Assembly (NCBI GenBank): GCA_003599755.1
Contig: QZJO01000009.1
Location: forward strand, 86,140 to 150,139
Reading direction: 5' to 3'
Source: Candidatus Parcubacteria bacterium
Lineage (GTDB): Bacteria > Patescibacteriota > Minisyncoccia > Sungbacterales > SURF-37
DNA: 64,000 bases
A program made the translations under genes and the position numbers. The notes under the pieces are model-generated. The model was given only the letters and a program-made list of their open reading frames with translations, had not been told where the DNA came from and did no database searches. This document shows positions 8,231-17,433 of the stretch, piece after piece; the stretch's first letter is position 1, and each line of letters begins with the position of its first letter.

Positions 8231-9551
8231 GCCATCGGATCACTACGTTCTGCTTTCGCACCTGCTCGGAATGTCCTCCTCGCAGTCAAGCCGGCTTTTC
8301 CCGTTACAGGTCCAGCGCGATTTCCATCCGCGCTAAGCCGACCTTTAAACCCCTCCATTACGCTTTAGGAGGGTTCTGCCCCAGACAAACTGCCTGCCAA
8401 GCACTGTCTCGCCGGAGTTTTTTCTCCGACGGTTAGGACCTAAAGGTTTCCAGAGTGGTATTTCACTGACGGCTCCATCCCGGCCGAAACCGAAACTTCA
8501 ACGCCTCCCACCTATGCTACGCAAGAAACTTCTAGACCCAATACCAAGCTGCAGTAAAGCTCCCGGGGTCTTTTCGTCTAACTGCAGGTAACCGGCATCT
8601 TCACCGGTACTGTATTTTCACCGAGCTCCACGTGGAGACAGTCCTCCGATCGTTACGCCTTTCATGCGCTTCGGAACTTACCCGAAAAGGAATTGCGCTA
8701 CTTTAACACGGTTATAGTTACCGCGGACATTGACGAGGGCTTGGCACCTCATGCCGAACAACGTTGATATAATCTCGATCACTCGACAGAAATGATTAAC
8801 CTTCTCGCATTGGTCAGGCGTCACCCCCTATACATCCTCTTACGAGTTCGCAGGGAGCTGTGTTTTTGGTAAACAGTCGCCAGAGGTACTTTCGCTGCGG
8901 CCTCGATTCATCACCGAGGCAGGCCTTATCGCGAACTTACGGCCGCTTGTTTGCCTAGTTCCTTCACGTGGACTCACTCGTTCGCCTTGGTGCATTCACA
9001 CCAACCCACCAGTGTCGGTTTCCGGTACGGTTTCTTATTGGTTAACCCTAGAGGGTTTTCTGGGAAGCGTGCTCAGCGAGCTTATCCGAGAGTCGCCCCT
9101 CGGCGTTGCCCCGGCACTCGGGACCGAGCATTACCTCTGCCGGCGGATTTGCCTACCGGCGTCCCCTATGCCGCGGACGGAAATCCCTAATCCGCCTCGC
9201 GTACTACGCTCCGTCACCCCATCAGAACCAATCAGAAGTCACGGAATATTAACCGTGTGTCCATCGGCTGCGGCTTTCGCCATTGCCTTAGGCCCGACTA
9301 ACCCTTGGATGATTGCCATTGCCAAGGAAACCTTGGGTTTGCGGCGATTCCGACTTTCACGGAATTTGCGGTTACTTGTGCCAACATTCTCTCTTCCGTA
9401 CGCTCCAGAGCTCCTCACGGATGCTCCTTCATCGCAGAACGAAATGCTCCCCTACCACGCGCGTTCGACGAATCGAACGCGCATCCGTAGCTTCGGTACT
9501 ATGCTTAGCCCCGTTGAATCTTTGGCGCCGGATCTCTTGACGAGTGAGCTG

Positions 9552-9594
<43 letters not shown>

Positions 9595-9994
9595 CGCTGT
9601 CTCTGAAATCCGACCACCTTAACCACTGAGCATAGATTTAGGGACCTTAGCTGACGATCAACGGCTGTTTCCGTTGCGCACGACGGAGCTTAGCCCCCGC
9701 CTGCTGACTCCCGGAATAACGCCCCGCGCATTCGGAGTTTGATTGGTCGCCGCGGGTTTCCCCGCTAGCGACCATCCAGTAGCTCTACCTCGCGTGACGC
9801 GTGATCCGAGGCTAGTCCAAAAACTATTTCGGGGAGAACCAGCTATTTCCAGGTTCGATTAGCTTTTCACTCCGTACCACAGCTCATCCGAGAATTTTGC
9901 ACCATTCACCGGTTCGGACCTCCCCCCGATTTTCATCGGGGCTCATCCTGGCCATGGTAAGCTCACCTGGTTTCGGGTCTCATGAGTACTACTT

Positions 9995-10064
9995 ATTGGA
10001 ATGTAGATTGTGGAGTGTCGTTTGTGGTTTCCCACATTCTATGTTCCACATTCTACAGTCCAAT
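9995..10064 (-). repeat. ~70-nt heptamer-repeat hairpin inserted in 23S (E. coli ~650 region)
   Basis: tgtagat/tgtggag/tgtcgtt/tgtggtt mirrored by ttctatg/ttccaca/ttctaca. Confidence 0.75.
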
Positions 10065-10167
10065 GACGCGCTATTCGCACTCGGTTTCCCTGTGACTCGG
10101 TGCCGTACGGCACTTAATCAGCAGTACTCAAGAACTCGTTGGCTCATTCTTCAATAGGCACGCCGTG

Positions 10168-10468
10168 GTCCGGCACCTTCTTAAGCATTATCGAGGTCAA
10201 TTCGCTTTTTTAGTTCAGCCCAACGTTTGCCGAACTGTTTCAGTTTCTGTTCTCTTCGTCTTGCAGCTCGTTCATCCCGGAAAGCCTCATAATATATAAG
10301 CTCCCAAGGAACGCCGGCTTTCGTAGCTCGGTTCAAACCTTCATTATGACCGGCTACGCGTTTTCGAAGATCAGCTGAAAATCCAATATAGTATCGCGAA
10401 TTGACAACACTTCTGAGAACGTACACGTAGTACATTTTCTCAATATAACGCACAAGAAGGTGCCGGAC
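10168..10468 (-). mobile_element. Intervening sequence in 23S helix 25, bounded by a perfect 15-bp inverted repeat
   Basis: gtccggcaccttctt (10168-10182) / aagaaggtgccggac (10454-10468) replaces the H25 apex; no group I core motifs seen. Confidence 0.85.
10181..10453 (-). CDS. Small GIY-YIG nuclease (SLX1/UPF0213-like) within the rRNA IVS
   Basis: YYVYVL..YYIGFS.DL..R...HN..WELIYYE.F....A..RE..LK; ATG at 10435 is an alternative start. Confidence 0.9.
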   Translation of the reverse strand: MRYIEKMYYVYVLRSVVNSRYYIGFSADLRKRVAGHNEGLNRATKAGVPWELIYYEAFRDERAARRREQKLKQFGKRWAELKKRIDLDNA

Positions 10469-10847
10469 TCCGACTCCTTGTAGACATATGGTTTCAGGTA
10501 CTATTTCATCGCCCTCACCGGGCTGCTTTTCACCGTTCCCTCACGGTACTGGTTCACTATCGGTGACGAAGAGTATTTAGCGTTGGGTCTCTAGTCGACC
10601 CGGCTTCACGCGCAGTCGCCGAACGGCGCGTTACTCAAGAATAGATTCAGAAGGCATACGACCATTTTCGAATACGGGGCTATTACCGTCTTTGGCCCGC
10701 CGTTCCAGGCGAGTTCTTCTAATAGCCGCATGTACCTTCTCGGACCGAAGTCCGACGAATCCATCTTACAACCCCCAGCAATCCGGCTTGCGCCGAATCG
10801 ATAGGTTTGCGCTGCTCCCGTTTCGCTCGCCGCTACTCAGGGAATGG

Positions 10848-10897
10848 GAGTCACACAAATTGGTGAACTCATGTATGCCCACCAATTTGGGTAACTC
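10848..10897 (-). other. ~50-nt hairpin insertion in 23S domain I
   Basis: caaattggtg/caccaatttg stem between otherwise conserved flanks. Confidence 0.7.
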
Positions 10898-11271
10898 TTT
10901 GTTTTCTCTTCCTCCGCTTACTGAGATGTTTCACTTCAGCGGGTTCGCTCTCACACGGTTTTACCCGTGGAGTCTCCGACTATTAAGTCAGAGGGGTTAC
11001 CCCATTCGGAAATCCCCGGATCAAAGGTTGCTCACCACCTCCCCGAGGCTTATCGCAGGCACGCCGCGTCCTTCATCGCCTCTTCATCCCGAGGCATCCA
11101 CCATACGCCCTTGTTTGCACTCCCACCCGATTGGGTGAAAGGTTCTGCCCGCACATGTTGTCAGATATTACTTCGTATTTTGTTTTCAACGTTCGGTCAG
11201 TCCGCGTTGCCACCGTACCGGATGTCCGTATCGAACCGCGGTTCGGTCCGGGCATCTGCCACGATCGCACG

Positions 11272-11293
11272 AAAAAAGGCCGCTCGAGCGGCC
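11272..11293 (-). terminator. Terminator-like hairpin in the rRNA leader
   Basis: GGCCGC-UCGA-GCGGCC-UUUUUU on the - strand. Confidence 0.6.
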
Positions 11294-11382
11294 CCAGGGG
11301 TCGACGCACGCTGGAAAGCAGCCGCCTATTCCCGAAGGGCCATTGAAATGCCGTATGTGAGAGCTTCACGCATGTTGTTCCT

Positions 11383-11410
11383 ATTATAGGGATATCGCCG
11401 CACGCGTCAA
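11383..11410 (-). promoter_or_regulatory. Sigma70 promoter for the 23S-5S unit
   Basis: TTGACG-N16-TATAAT about 260 nt upstream of the 23S 5' end. Confidence 0.8.
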
Positions 11411-11592
11411 GAGGCCGAAAAGTGGGCTTCATCCACTGTTCACCCCCACACTCATTACGGCAACATTTCCATCCCTATGTATGAAGGCGGGGGGGGTGCG
11501 TCCGCGTTGATTCTGCCCTGCAGTCATGCGCGATGCAGCGCTTCGCGTTCTTGCGCAATGAGGGCGAGGGTTAATTCGACTTCCTCCCAAAT

Positions 11593-11625
11593 ACAAACTC
11601 CCTCGGCATTGCCGGGGGAGTTTGT
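11593..11625. terminator. Intrinsic terminator
   Basis: acaaactccctcggc/gccgggggagtttgt stem just downstream of the 11647 stop. Confidence 0.7.
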
Positions 11626-11646
11626 TCTCTGGTTCGCAAGCGGATC

Positions 11647-12327
11647 TTATCGGCCGGTCAGCTCCCGCCGCATCCGATCGATGGCCGAAGACGCCGCATC
11701 CTTGCCGCCCAGGCCGAACGAAAGCCCGAACGCGAGCGCGAGCATCGCGACAAGGCCCGTGATCAAGGTCTGGATAAGGATTGTGGCAACGCCGAGCTGC
11801 AGGAGCGCGGCAACGACCGCGAAGACCCAGATCGCCCAGCGCGACATCACGCCCACGAACGCGCCGCGCAGGCCGGCGGCTTCCAACGAAGCGCGGACCG
11901 AGCGCTCCACCACCTCCGCGATTTTTGCGGCAATGATGATGATGAGCGCGGCGACGACGACATTCGGAAGGTACGCAAGCACCTGGCTGAGGAATACGCT
12001 CACCTGAGTCAGGCCGAGAATGTTCGCGGCTGCAAGCAAGAATACGATGATGATGAACCAACGAACGAGGGCACCGACGAACGCGCCCGTATTGAGGCGT
12101 ACGCCGCCCCGCTCCAAGGCCTTTTCCACCTCCAATTTCTGGAGCGCGGCATCAACTCGGAGCGCACGGATCACTTGCTCGACGAGCGTGCCGAGCGCGA
12201 CCGCGACGATCCAACCGATGAGAAAGACCACCACGGCGCCGATGAGCAGTGGAATGAAATTCCCCACTGCCATCCACGACTGTCTGAATGATTCGGTAAT
12301 GATTTGGCCCCACGTCTGAAATGCCAT
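11647..12327 (-). CDS. TM-helix-repeat membrane protein (MscS N-terminal/CmpX-like)
   Basis: FIP.LIGAVVVFLIGWIVA and YLPNVVVAALIII repeats; AFGLSFGLGGKD. Confidence 0.85.
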   Translation of the reverse strand: MAFQTWGQIITESFRQSWMAVGNFIPLLIGAVVVFLIGWIVAVALGTLVEQVIRALRVDAALQKLEVEKALERGGVRLNTGAFVGALVRWFIIIVFLLAAANILGLTQVSVFLSQVLAYLPNVVVAALIIIIAAKIAEVVERSVRASLEAAGLRGAFVGVMSRWAIWVFAVVAALLQLGVATILIQTLITGLVAMLALAFGLSFGLGGKDAASSAIDRMRRELTGR

Positions 12328-12534
12328 AGACAATTCTGTTGTTGCCGGCGCCAATGCCGAGCCGTGCACCCGTTCGGCACTCGTCCGCCGACGATGATTT
12401 TCTGTTATGACTGATAATTTCACCGAAGCCCGCCGCGGCAACGGAATATCGCCATGGGCTCGACCCGGGCTCTCGGACTAGTTCCTTACCTATATCCATT
12501 ATAGCGGACCTGCAGGAATACGGATTCCCGTTAT

Positions 12535-12568
12535 GCACAAGGCCTCTTCGCGCGAAGAGGCCTTGTGC
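12535..12568. terminator. Perfect palindromic terminator
   Basis: gcacaaggcctcttcgc/gcgaagaggccttgtgc. Confidence 0.7.
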
Positions 12569-12594
12569 CCGTTCTTTATTATTAAAGAAGATAA

Positions 12595-14226
12595 TTAGCG
12601 GCGCATCACCGCGTCATGTACGCGCAAAAGCCCATCACCCGTTACTCCGGATACGGCATGGAGTACAGCAGCTGTTTGTTTGAATTCCATTTCCATGCTC
12701 TCGACATCGGCGAAATTCGCATGGAGCTTAGGCACGACGACCAGACGCAGTATGCCGCGAGCAGCACCCGCGAAGACGCGATCAGCCACGCGATCAAACG
12801 CCATCGGCACCGCAGCGACGATTGACACCGCTTCGGCCCCCGCCCGGGTAAACATATCGCCGATATCCACCACTGCGATCTTGGCAGCGAATCCCACCGC
12901 CCCGCGCACGCGCCCGATGCCATCCATTGCGCGTTCCATGCCGGGCAGCCGGCCCTCGATACCCAGTTCCCCCAACATCCGAAATGGCTCGCGCCCGGCC
13001 GCGTGCAAACCGTGTGCTACCGCGCCGATCGCTCGCGCCAGTCCCCGCTGCCCGCGATCAATGGCTTGGCCGAGCGCCGCTCCGTCCAGTGGGACGGCAG
13101 ACAGGCGCGCCGCGTCCGTCATTTCCGAATTCGCTGACGGCAGAGCATCGACCAATTGATGATTGGTACCCAATGCCGCTACGGCGCTGCCTAACGTCCG
13201 CTGGATTTCATGCGCGCCGGCGGGAATCAACGCCGGGCGCACCGGCGGCGAGGATGGCACCCGAACGGGACGCCGGACCGCGATCGCGGTCCCGCCGTCG
13301 GAAAGAAACCGAAGTTCGACAATCGCTTGAGAGACCGCAATGACTCGCCACGCGGCCGAACGCCACGCGTCGAATACGATGCGATCGGAAATCGGCTGCT
13401 GACCCATAGGCGGTACGGCATGGAACGGCTCTCGCAGCATCGCATCCAGTTCCTCACGCGCCTGGACCGTCGCGCCGATCGCTGCCTTGGCAAGTGGCGC
13501 GGGCGCAGCAACTTCATTTGCAAAACGCGAAGGCGATATTGGTGAAAATGCGATATGCGACGAAGTACCGAATCGCTGAAGCGCCATGCCGATACGGTCC
13601 GTCGCGCGCACTACTGCCGCATCGCTTACCGCAATCGTACGCTCCGGCAGCGAACGCACTCCTGCGCTTGTCTGGAGAACCGCCGCTTCGCTCATGCCGC
13701 CGAACGCATATCCGAGTTCCGCCGTCGCAAAAACGAGCGCGCCGACTTCTTCGAACGCAGTAGTTGTAAACCGGGCAAATGCATCCGGCGCAGCAAAGAA
13801 CGCATGCGCAATCGGAAATTCCGGACGCGGCGCCGAAAACCGAATCGCTGGAATATTACTCACGAATGAAACCACCAGCAGCATCGCAAGCATGGCAAGC
13901 GCCGAGCCGACAAGCGATTCTGGTACGCGCAACGGTGCATGCGGCACCCGAATCGCCGCTTCCGCTTCGGACGGCATGATCGGTTCGGGTACGCGTTCGG
14001 ATTCAGAAGACGATACCCCTGAATCTTTCTCGCCGTGAAAAAATATATGCTCCTCCGCTAAGCGGACGATCGAGTCAAAGTCCGCCTGCGTATAGTAGCG
14101 CCAGCCGCGATTGTCCCGCGCTGCACGGGGAATTTTCCCCTCTTGCTCCCAACGCAGGAGAGTGCTTTTGTCGCGATCGAGCCGCTTTGTAAGGTCGATC
14201 AGGCGGTAGATGCGTTCTTCAGCCAT
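12595..14226 (-). CDS. MerR/BldC-like HTH fused to a TM helix and a long Ala-rich domain
   Basis: YRLIDLTKRLDRDKSTLLRWEQEGKIP...RDNRGWRYYT; TM segment LVGSALAMLAMLLVVSFV. Confidence 0.75.
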   Translation of the reverse strand: MAEERIYRLIDLTKRLDRDKSTLLRWEQEGKIPRAARDNRGWRYYTQADFDSIVRLAEEHIFFHGEKDSGVSSSESERVPEPIMPSEAEAAIRVPHAPLRVPESLVGSALAMLAMLLVVSFVSNIPAIRFSAPRPEFPIAHAFFAAPDAFARFTTTAFEEVGALVFATAELGYAFGGMSEAAVLQTSAGVRSLPERTIAVSDAAVVRATDRIGMALQRFGTSSHIAFSPISPSRFANEVAAPAPLAKAAIGATVQAREELDAMLREPFHAVPPMGQQPISDRIVFDAWRSAAWRVIAVSQAIVELRFLSDGGTAIAVRRPVRVPSSPPVRPALIPAGAHEIQRTLGSAVAALGTNHQLVDALPSANSEMTDAARLSAVPLDGAALGQAIDRGQRGLARAIGAVAHGLHAAGREPFRMLGELGIEGRLPGMERAMDGIGRVRGAVGFAAKIAVVDIGDMFTRAGAEAVSIVAAVPMAFDRVADRVFAGAARGILRLVVVPKLHANFADVESMEMEFKQTAAVLHAVSGVTGDGLLRVHDAVMRR

Positions 14227-14470
14227 CGGCGCAGAAATGAAAAATAATTGATCTGGAAATTTGTCGCGAATTAACGAAAGACGCCCGGCTGATCGCCGAG
14301 CGTCTTTGATGTTCTATCGCAGGTTTGGACCGGAAGCTTGAGAAAAAGACGGACTCGGCAAAATTGCCGGATTTTCATCTCTTTCTCGAGATTTCGGGAG
14401 GCCATGCAGATACTGCATATACTCCCTATACTCCTAGAATACGGCACACCCGGAGCACGGCAAAGCCCCA

Positions 14471-14479
14471 TGTGGATAA
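14471..14479. promoter_or_regulatory. DnaA-box consensus (TTATCCACA)
   Basis: TGTGGATAA, intergenic. Confidence 0.6.
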
Positions 14480-14509
14480 CCCGGGGGCAACAACTGGGTA
14501 TACTGAGTA

Positions 14510-14798
14510 TGTTCAGTTCCCGCAGCGTGGGATATCGGCCGGCAGCGTCCGCGCGCGACCCATCAGAAGTTCTTTCCCGCGGCATTGCGCCGCTTTTCCG
14601 AATCGAGTTCTTTACTCGACTATCTCCCGCCACGGCAAGCTCCTTCAACTACTATTCTCTTTCTCACAGGGTTTTTACTCTGCGGGAATTGCACCGCAAC
14701 GGTGCACACCTTCACTGGTTCCCTTTTCCATCTCCGGGCGCCGAGTGGAGATCCACCGTGCGCACGGAGACCGCCAGACACGCGGTCTCTTTTCTTTC
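14510..14798 (+). ncRNA. Candidate structured ncRNA of unknown family
   Basis: TATACT at 14499; 12-bp closing stem 14515-14526/14680-14691; several hairpins; ends in gagaccgc..gcggtctc-ttttctttc. Confidence 0.4.
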
Positions 14799-14896
14799 AT
14801 GCGTATACGCAATGCGCTGCGGCACGCGTATTGCGCACGGTCTCTCGTTCGTAGTACGCTCGTTGGGGTTATCCTCTCACTCGCCAACCGAACATC

Positions 14897-15466
14897 ATGC
14901 TCAGCATCAACGACCTCAAGGCCAAGACCATCGTCCTCATCGATGACGCGCCCTATCAGATCACCGAAATAAAACATTTGCACATGGGGCGGGGCGGTTC
15001 ATCGGTGCAGACGAAAATAAAAAATCTCGTCACCGGCCAATTGTTCTCAAGAAATTTTAAGCCAGGTGATACCTTCGAAGAAGCGGATATCGAGAAACGC
15101 GAACTCGTACATCTGTACGCGCATCGCGGCGAATATGTATTCGCGCCGAAAGAAAAACCGAGCGAGCGCTACACGCTCACGAAAGACCAGCTTGGCGACA
15201 CGGTGCAGTGGCTCATCCCGAACACGCCGGTCACGGCGGTCTTTCTCGACGACAAACTACTCGGCATCACCGTGCCGATTAAGATAGATTTCAAAGTTAC
15301 CGAAGCGCCGCCTGGGCTCAAAGGCGATACGGCGAGTGGCGGCACGAAGCCCGTGACTATCGAGACCGGCGCGATTATCAACACGCCTCTCTTCATCAAC
15401 GCCGGCGATACGATTCGGGTGAATACCGAGACCGGCGAATACGCGGAACGCGTCAGCAAGGGCTGA
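14897..15466 (+). CDS. efp: Elongation factor P
   Basis: HMGRGG loop, PPGLKGDTASGGTKP..IETG and PLFIN.GD motifs. Confidence 0.96.
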   Translation: MLSINDLKAKTIVLIDDAPYQITEIKHLHMGRGGSSVQTKIKNLVTGQLFSRNFKPGDTFEEADIEKRELVHLYAHRGEYVFAPKEKPSERYTLTKDQLGDTVQWLIPNTPVTAVFLDDKLLGITVPIKIDFKVTEAPPGLKGDTASGGTKPVTIETGAIINTPLFINAGDTIRVNTETGEYAERVSKG

Positions 15467-15474
15467 CGCGTTTT

Positions 15475-17430
15475 TTAATCCAATCGGATTACCTCGCCCG
15501 GCGCCATCGCACTTCCACGCGGTGCGGCCGGTTCTTTTTTTCTCGGCCGCGATTCGATTGCGGGCGGCGGCGCAGCGATATCTTTCTCGTTCGATCGCGG
15601 CGGCATTTGCGCTGCCGGAACGCTCGCGGCGGCAGGGATTTTTTTCTCGCGCGGCTGATCGCCATTCATCGCCTCCGCAAGCGCCTTGCGCAGCTCCCCG
15701 AGATGATGCGCGGAGCGGCTTGCGTCGGCCTGCTTTGACTGATCGGAGCGCCGTTCGGACTCGCGCGCCGGCGCGGCCGGGCGAAGTTCTTTCAGCGACA
15801 ATGGTTTGGCGTCGCGCCGCGCGTTTCGATCGCGGCCGCCCTGCGGCCGCTCCCCTTGTTTTGCGGCAGAAGCGGACGCGGAAGATGTCGGAGCAGCACC
15901 GGTCGGCGCTGCCGCATCGGTTGGCGCGGTAGCGCCGTCGGCCATCTGGGAACGAAATTGGATCAAGTGCATATGTTCCTCGCAAAATACCGGCCGCTTG
16001 CCGTCGGGTTTGAACGGCACCAGGATCGACTTCTGGTCCACGGCGCATTTGGCCTCGTACATCGGCCGATCGGGTTTAGCCGCGGCAGCGCCGGCTGAGC
16101 GCAAGCCCGCGCCCGGAACCGCTTCAAAGCCGCCCAACGTGAATTCGCGAATCTTTTCCTCGACCTGGGCGCGCGGCGCGCTGTAGTGCTCCCGCGAGTA
16201 TTGAACAATCTCTTTGACGAAGGACTGCGCCGGCGTCGGCATCGGCGGCAGGGTCTCGGCCGAAAACGGCCGAGACGTCAGCCCGTCGATCATGAGTTTG
16301 AGATACACTTGCTTGAACCCGAGGTTAACGAGGTCCTGGACCATGAATTCGGGCATGAATTCTTTTTCCAAGAGTTCCGCATCTTCGGCGCCGATACGGA
16401 ACGTAATCATCGTACCGACGTTGCCGAAGATGGCATGCTGCACCTCCTCTTCCATTTGCGCAATGTATTGATGCGCAACGGTCAGGTTGAGACGGTACTT
16501 GCGCGCCTCGGACAAGATGTTTGCGAAGGACTCGGTGGCGAAGTTCTGGAACTCGTCGACGTAGAGGTAGAAATCTTTACGCTCGGGTTCGGGGATATCC
16601 ACGCGGCTCATGGCGGTAAGATACAATTTCGCCACCATCATGGCGCCCAAGAGCCGCGAATTCTCCTCGCCGATGTTCCCTTTCGAAAGATTTACGATGA
16701 AAATCTTCTGCTCATCCATGATGGCCCGCATATCCAGGGACGTCTCGACTTGGCCGATGACGTTGCGGATCAGCGGATTGCCGGAAAACTGGCCGATCTT
16801 GTTCTGAATCGCGGCCACGGCCTCGCGCATGTATTGCTCCGGATACTTGGCGAATTCGTTTTCCCAAAAACCCCGGATGACCGGATCGGTCAGCTGCGCC
16901 ACGATCTGGCGCCGGAATTCCTTTTCGCCGAACATGCGATTCACGGATAACAGCGTCGAGCCCTTTACTTGCAGCAGTGCGAGAATGGCATTGGCCAGAA
17001 GGTACTCCATGCGCGCGGACCAAACCTCCGGCCCGAAAATCTTTTTGAACACGCTCAAAAGGCCCGAGGTAATCAGATGTCGTTGGTCCTCGGCCACGGC
17101 TTCCATGACATTGAACGCCATCGGATATTCGATATCCACCGGATTGAAATACACAACGTCCTTGATGCGGTGCTCGGGCACAAATTGGAGCACCCGCTCG
17201 GCGTATTCGCCGTGCGGGTCCACGACCGCGACGCCATGACCGGCTTGGATATCCTGGATGGTCATGTTTTCCAGAAGCGTGGACTTGCCCATGCCGGTCT
17301 TTCCGATGATATAGACGTGCTTGCGTCGATCGCCGCGTTGGATGCCAAATCGCCGCCGCTGGCCGCGGAAGTTCGTCTCGCCAAAAAAGGTGATGTCTTT
17401 GTCGGATGCTCTGCCGTCCATGGATGGCAT
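15475..17430 (-). CDS. TraD/VirD4-like (HerA/FtsK superfamily) ATPase with C-terminal CxxC-x17-CxxC-like domain
   Basis: Walker A GKTGMGKS, VDPHG, LYVDEFQNF, SEARKYRL..AHQY; C-terminal MYEAKC..D...VPFKPDGKRPVFCEEH. Confidence 0.88.
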   Translation of the reverse strand: MPSMDGRASDKDITFFGETNFRGQRRRFGIQRGDRRKHVYIIGKTGMGKSTLLENMTIQDIQAGHGVAVVDPHGEYAERVLQFVPEHRIKDVVYFNPVDIEYPMAFNVMEAVAEDQRHLITSGLLSVFKKIFGPEVWSARMEYLLANAILALLQVKGSTLLSVNRMFGEKEFRRQIVAQLTDPVIRGFWENEFAKYPEQYMREAVAAIQNKIGQFSGNPLIRNVIGQVETSLDMRAIMDEQKIFIVNLSKGNIGEENSRLLGAMMVAKLYLTAMSRVDIPEPERKDFYLYVDEFQNFATESFANILSEARKYRLNLTVAHQYIAQMEEEVQHAIFGNVGTMITFRIGAEDAELLEKEFMPEFMVQDLVNLGFKQVYLKLMIDGLTSRPFSAETLPPMPTPAQSFVKEIVQYSREHYSAPRAQVEEKIREFTLGGFEAVPGAGLRSAGAAAAKPDRPMYEAKCAVDQKSILVPFKPDGKRPVFCEEHMHLIQFRSQMADGATAPTDAAAPTGAAPTSSASASAAKQGERPQGGRDRNARRDAKPLSLKELRPAAPARESERRSDQSKQADASRSAHHLGELRKALAEAMNGDQPREKKIPAAASVPAAQMPPRSNEKDIAAPPPAIESRPRKKEPAAPRGSAMAPGEVIRLD

Positions 17431-17433
17431 AAA

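Noticed and set aside
8560-8580. A at 23S position 2057 as a macrolide-resistance mutation
   Set aside because: Compensated by U at the 2611 equivalent; this pair is naturally polymorphic, and A2058/A2059 are intact.
11477-11580. G8 tract as a phase-variable gene
   Set aside because: No credible coding frame on either side of the tract.
14325-14972. 200-aa ORFs across the MerR-efp intergenic region
   Set aside because: No motifs or start signals; they overlap promoters, hairpins and efp.
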